NCBI RefSeq assembly: GCF_022045235.1
Contig: NW_027266275.1
Location: 28,024,001 to 28,088,000 of the forward strand
DNA: 64,000 nt
Reading direction: 5' to 3'
Source: Haliotis cracherodii
Lineage: Eukaryota
Shown here: positions 63,946-64,000 of the stretch, in pieces
How the letters are laid out: each line of letters begins with the position of its first letter
Numbering within the stretch: the stretch's first letter is position 1
Translations under genes and position numbers: made by a program
The notes under the pieces: model-generated
Database searches by the model: none
Told to the model about the DNA's origin: nothing
What the model saw: the letters and a program-made list of their open reading frames with translations, nothing else

Positions 63946-64000
63946 TAGTCAAATTCTTTGAAATCAAATCATCATTATTCATTGTTTGTCTATCACAGAA

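Overview
Eukaryotic, intron-rich animal genomic DNA. The SINE repertoire suggests a mollusc, possibly an abalone-like gastropod (inference). I reconstructed five genes by hand from GT-AG splice sites and reading phase: SNX8-like (-, first two exons only), head-to-head with IQCE (+, 24 exons, ~687 aa); CCDC166-like (-, 7 exons, 305 aa), head-to-head with LSM11 (+, 4 exons, 296 aa); and the last four exons of gamma-glutamyl hydrolase (-). A 12,021-bp tandem duplication with no difference I could find (30105-42125 / 42126-54146, 2-bp junction microhomology) doubles CCDC166-like, the bidirectional promoter and LSM11 exon 1. Introns hold minisatellites, at least four SINE families, several MITE families and a nested mariner>hAT>Kolobok stack. 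The most unusual theme is repeats that copy splice donors: a ~60-copy donor array, a donor-plus-RFX X-box array, and a SINE whose target-site duplication regenerates a GGH donor. One SINE family has a non-tRNA 5' head that can fold as a pseudoknot. Most entries in the supplied ORF track are repeat or intron artefacts. Gene names come from remembered homologue motifs; no searches were run.
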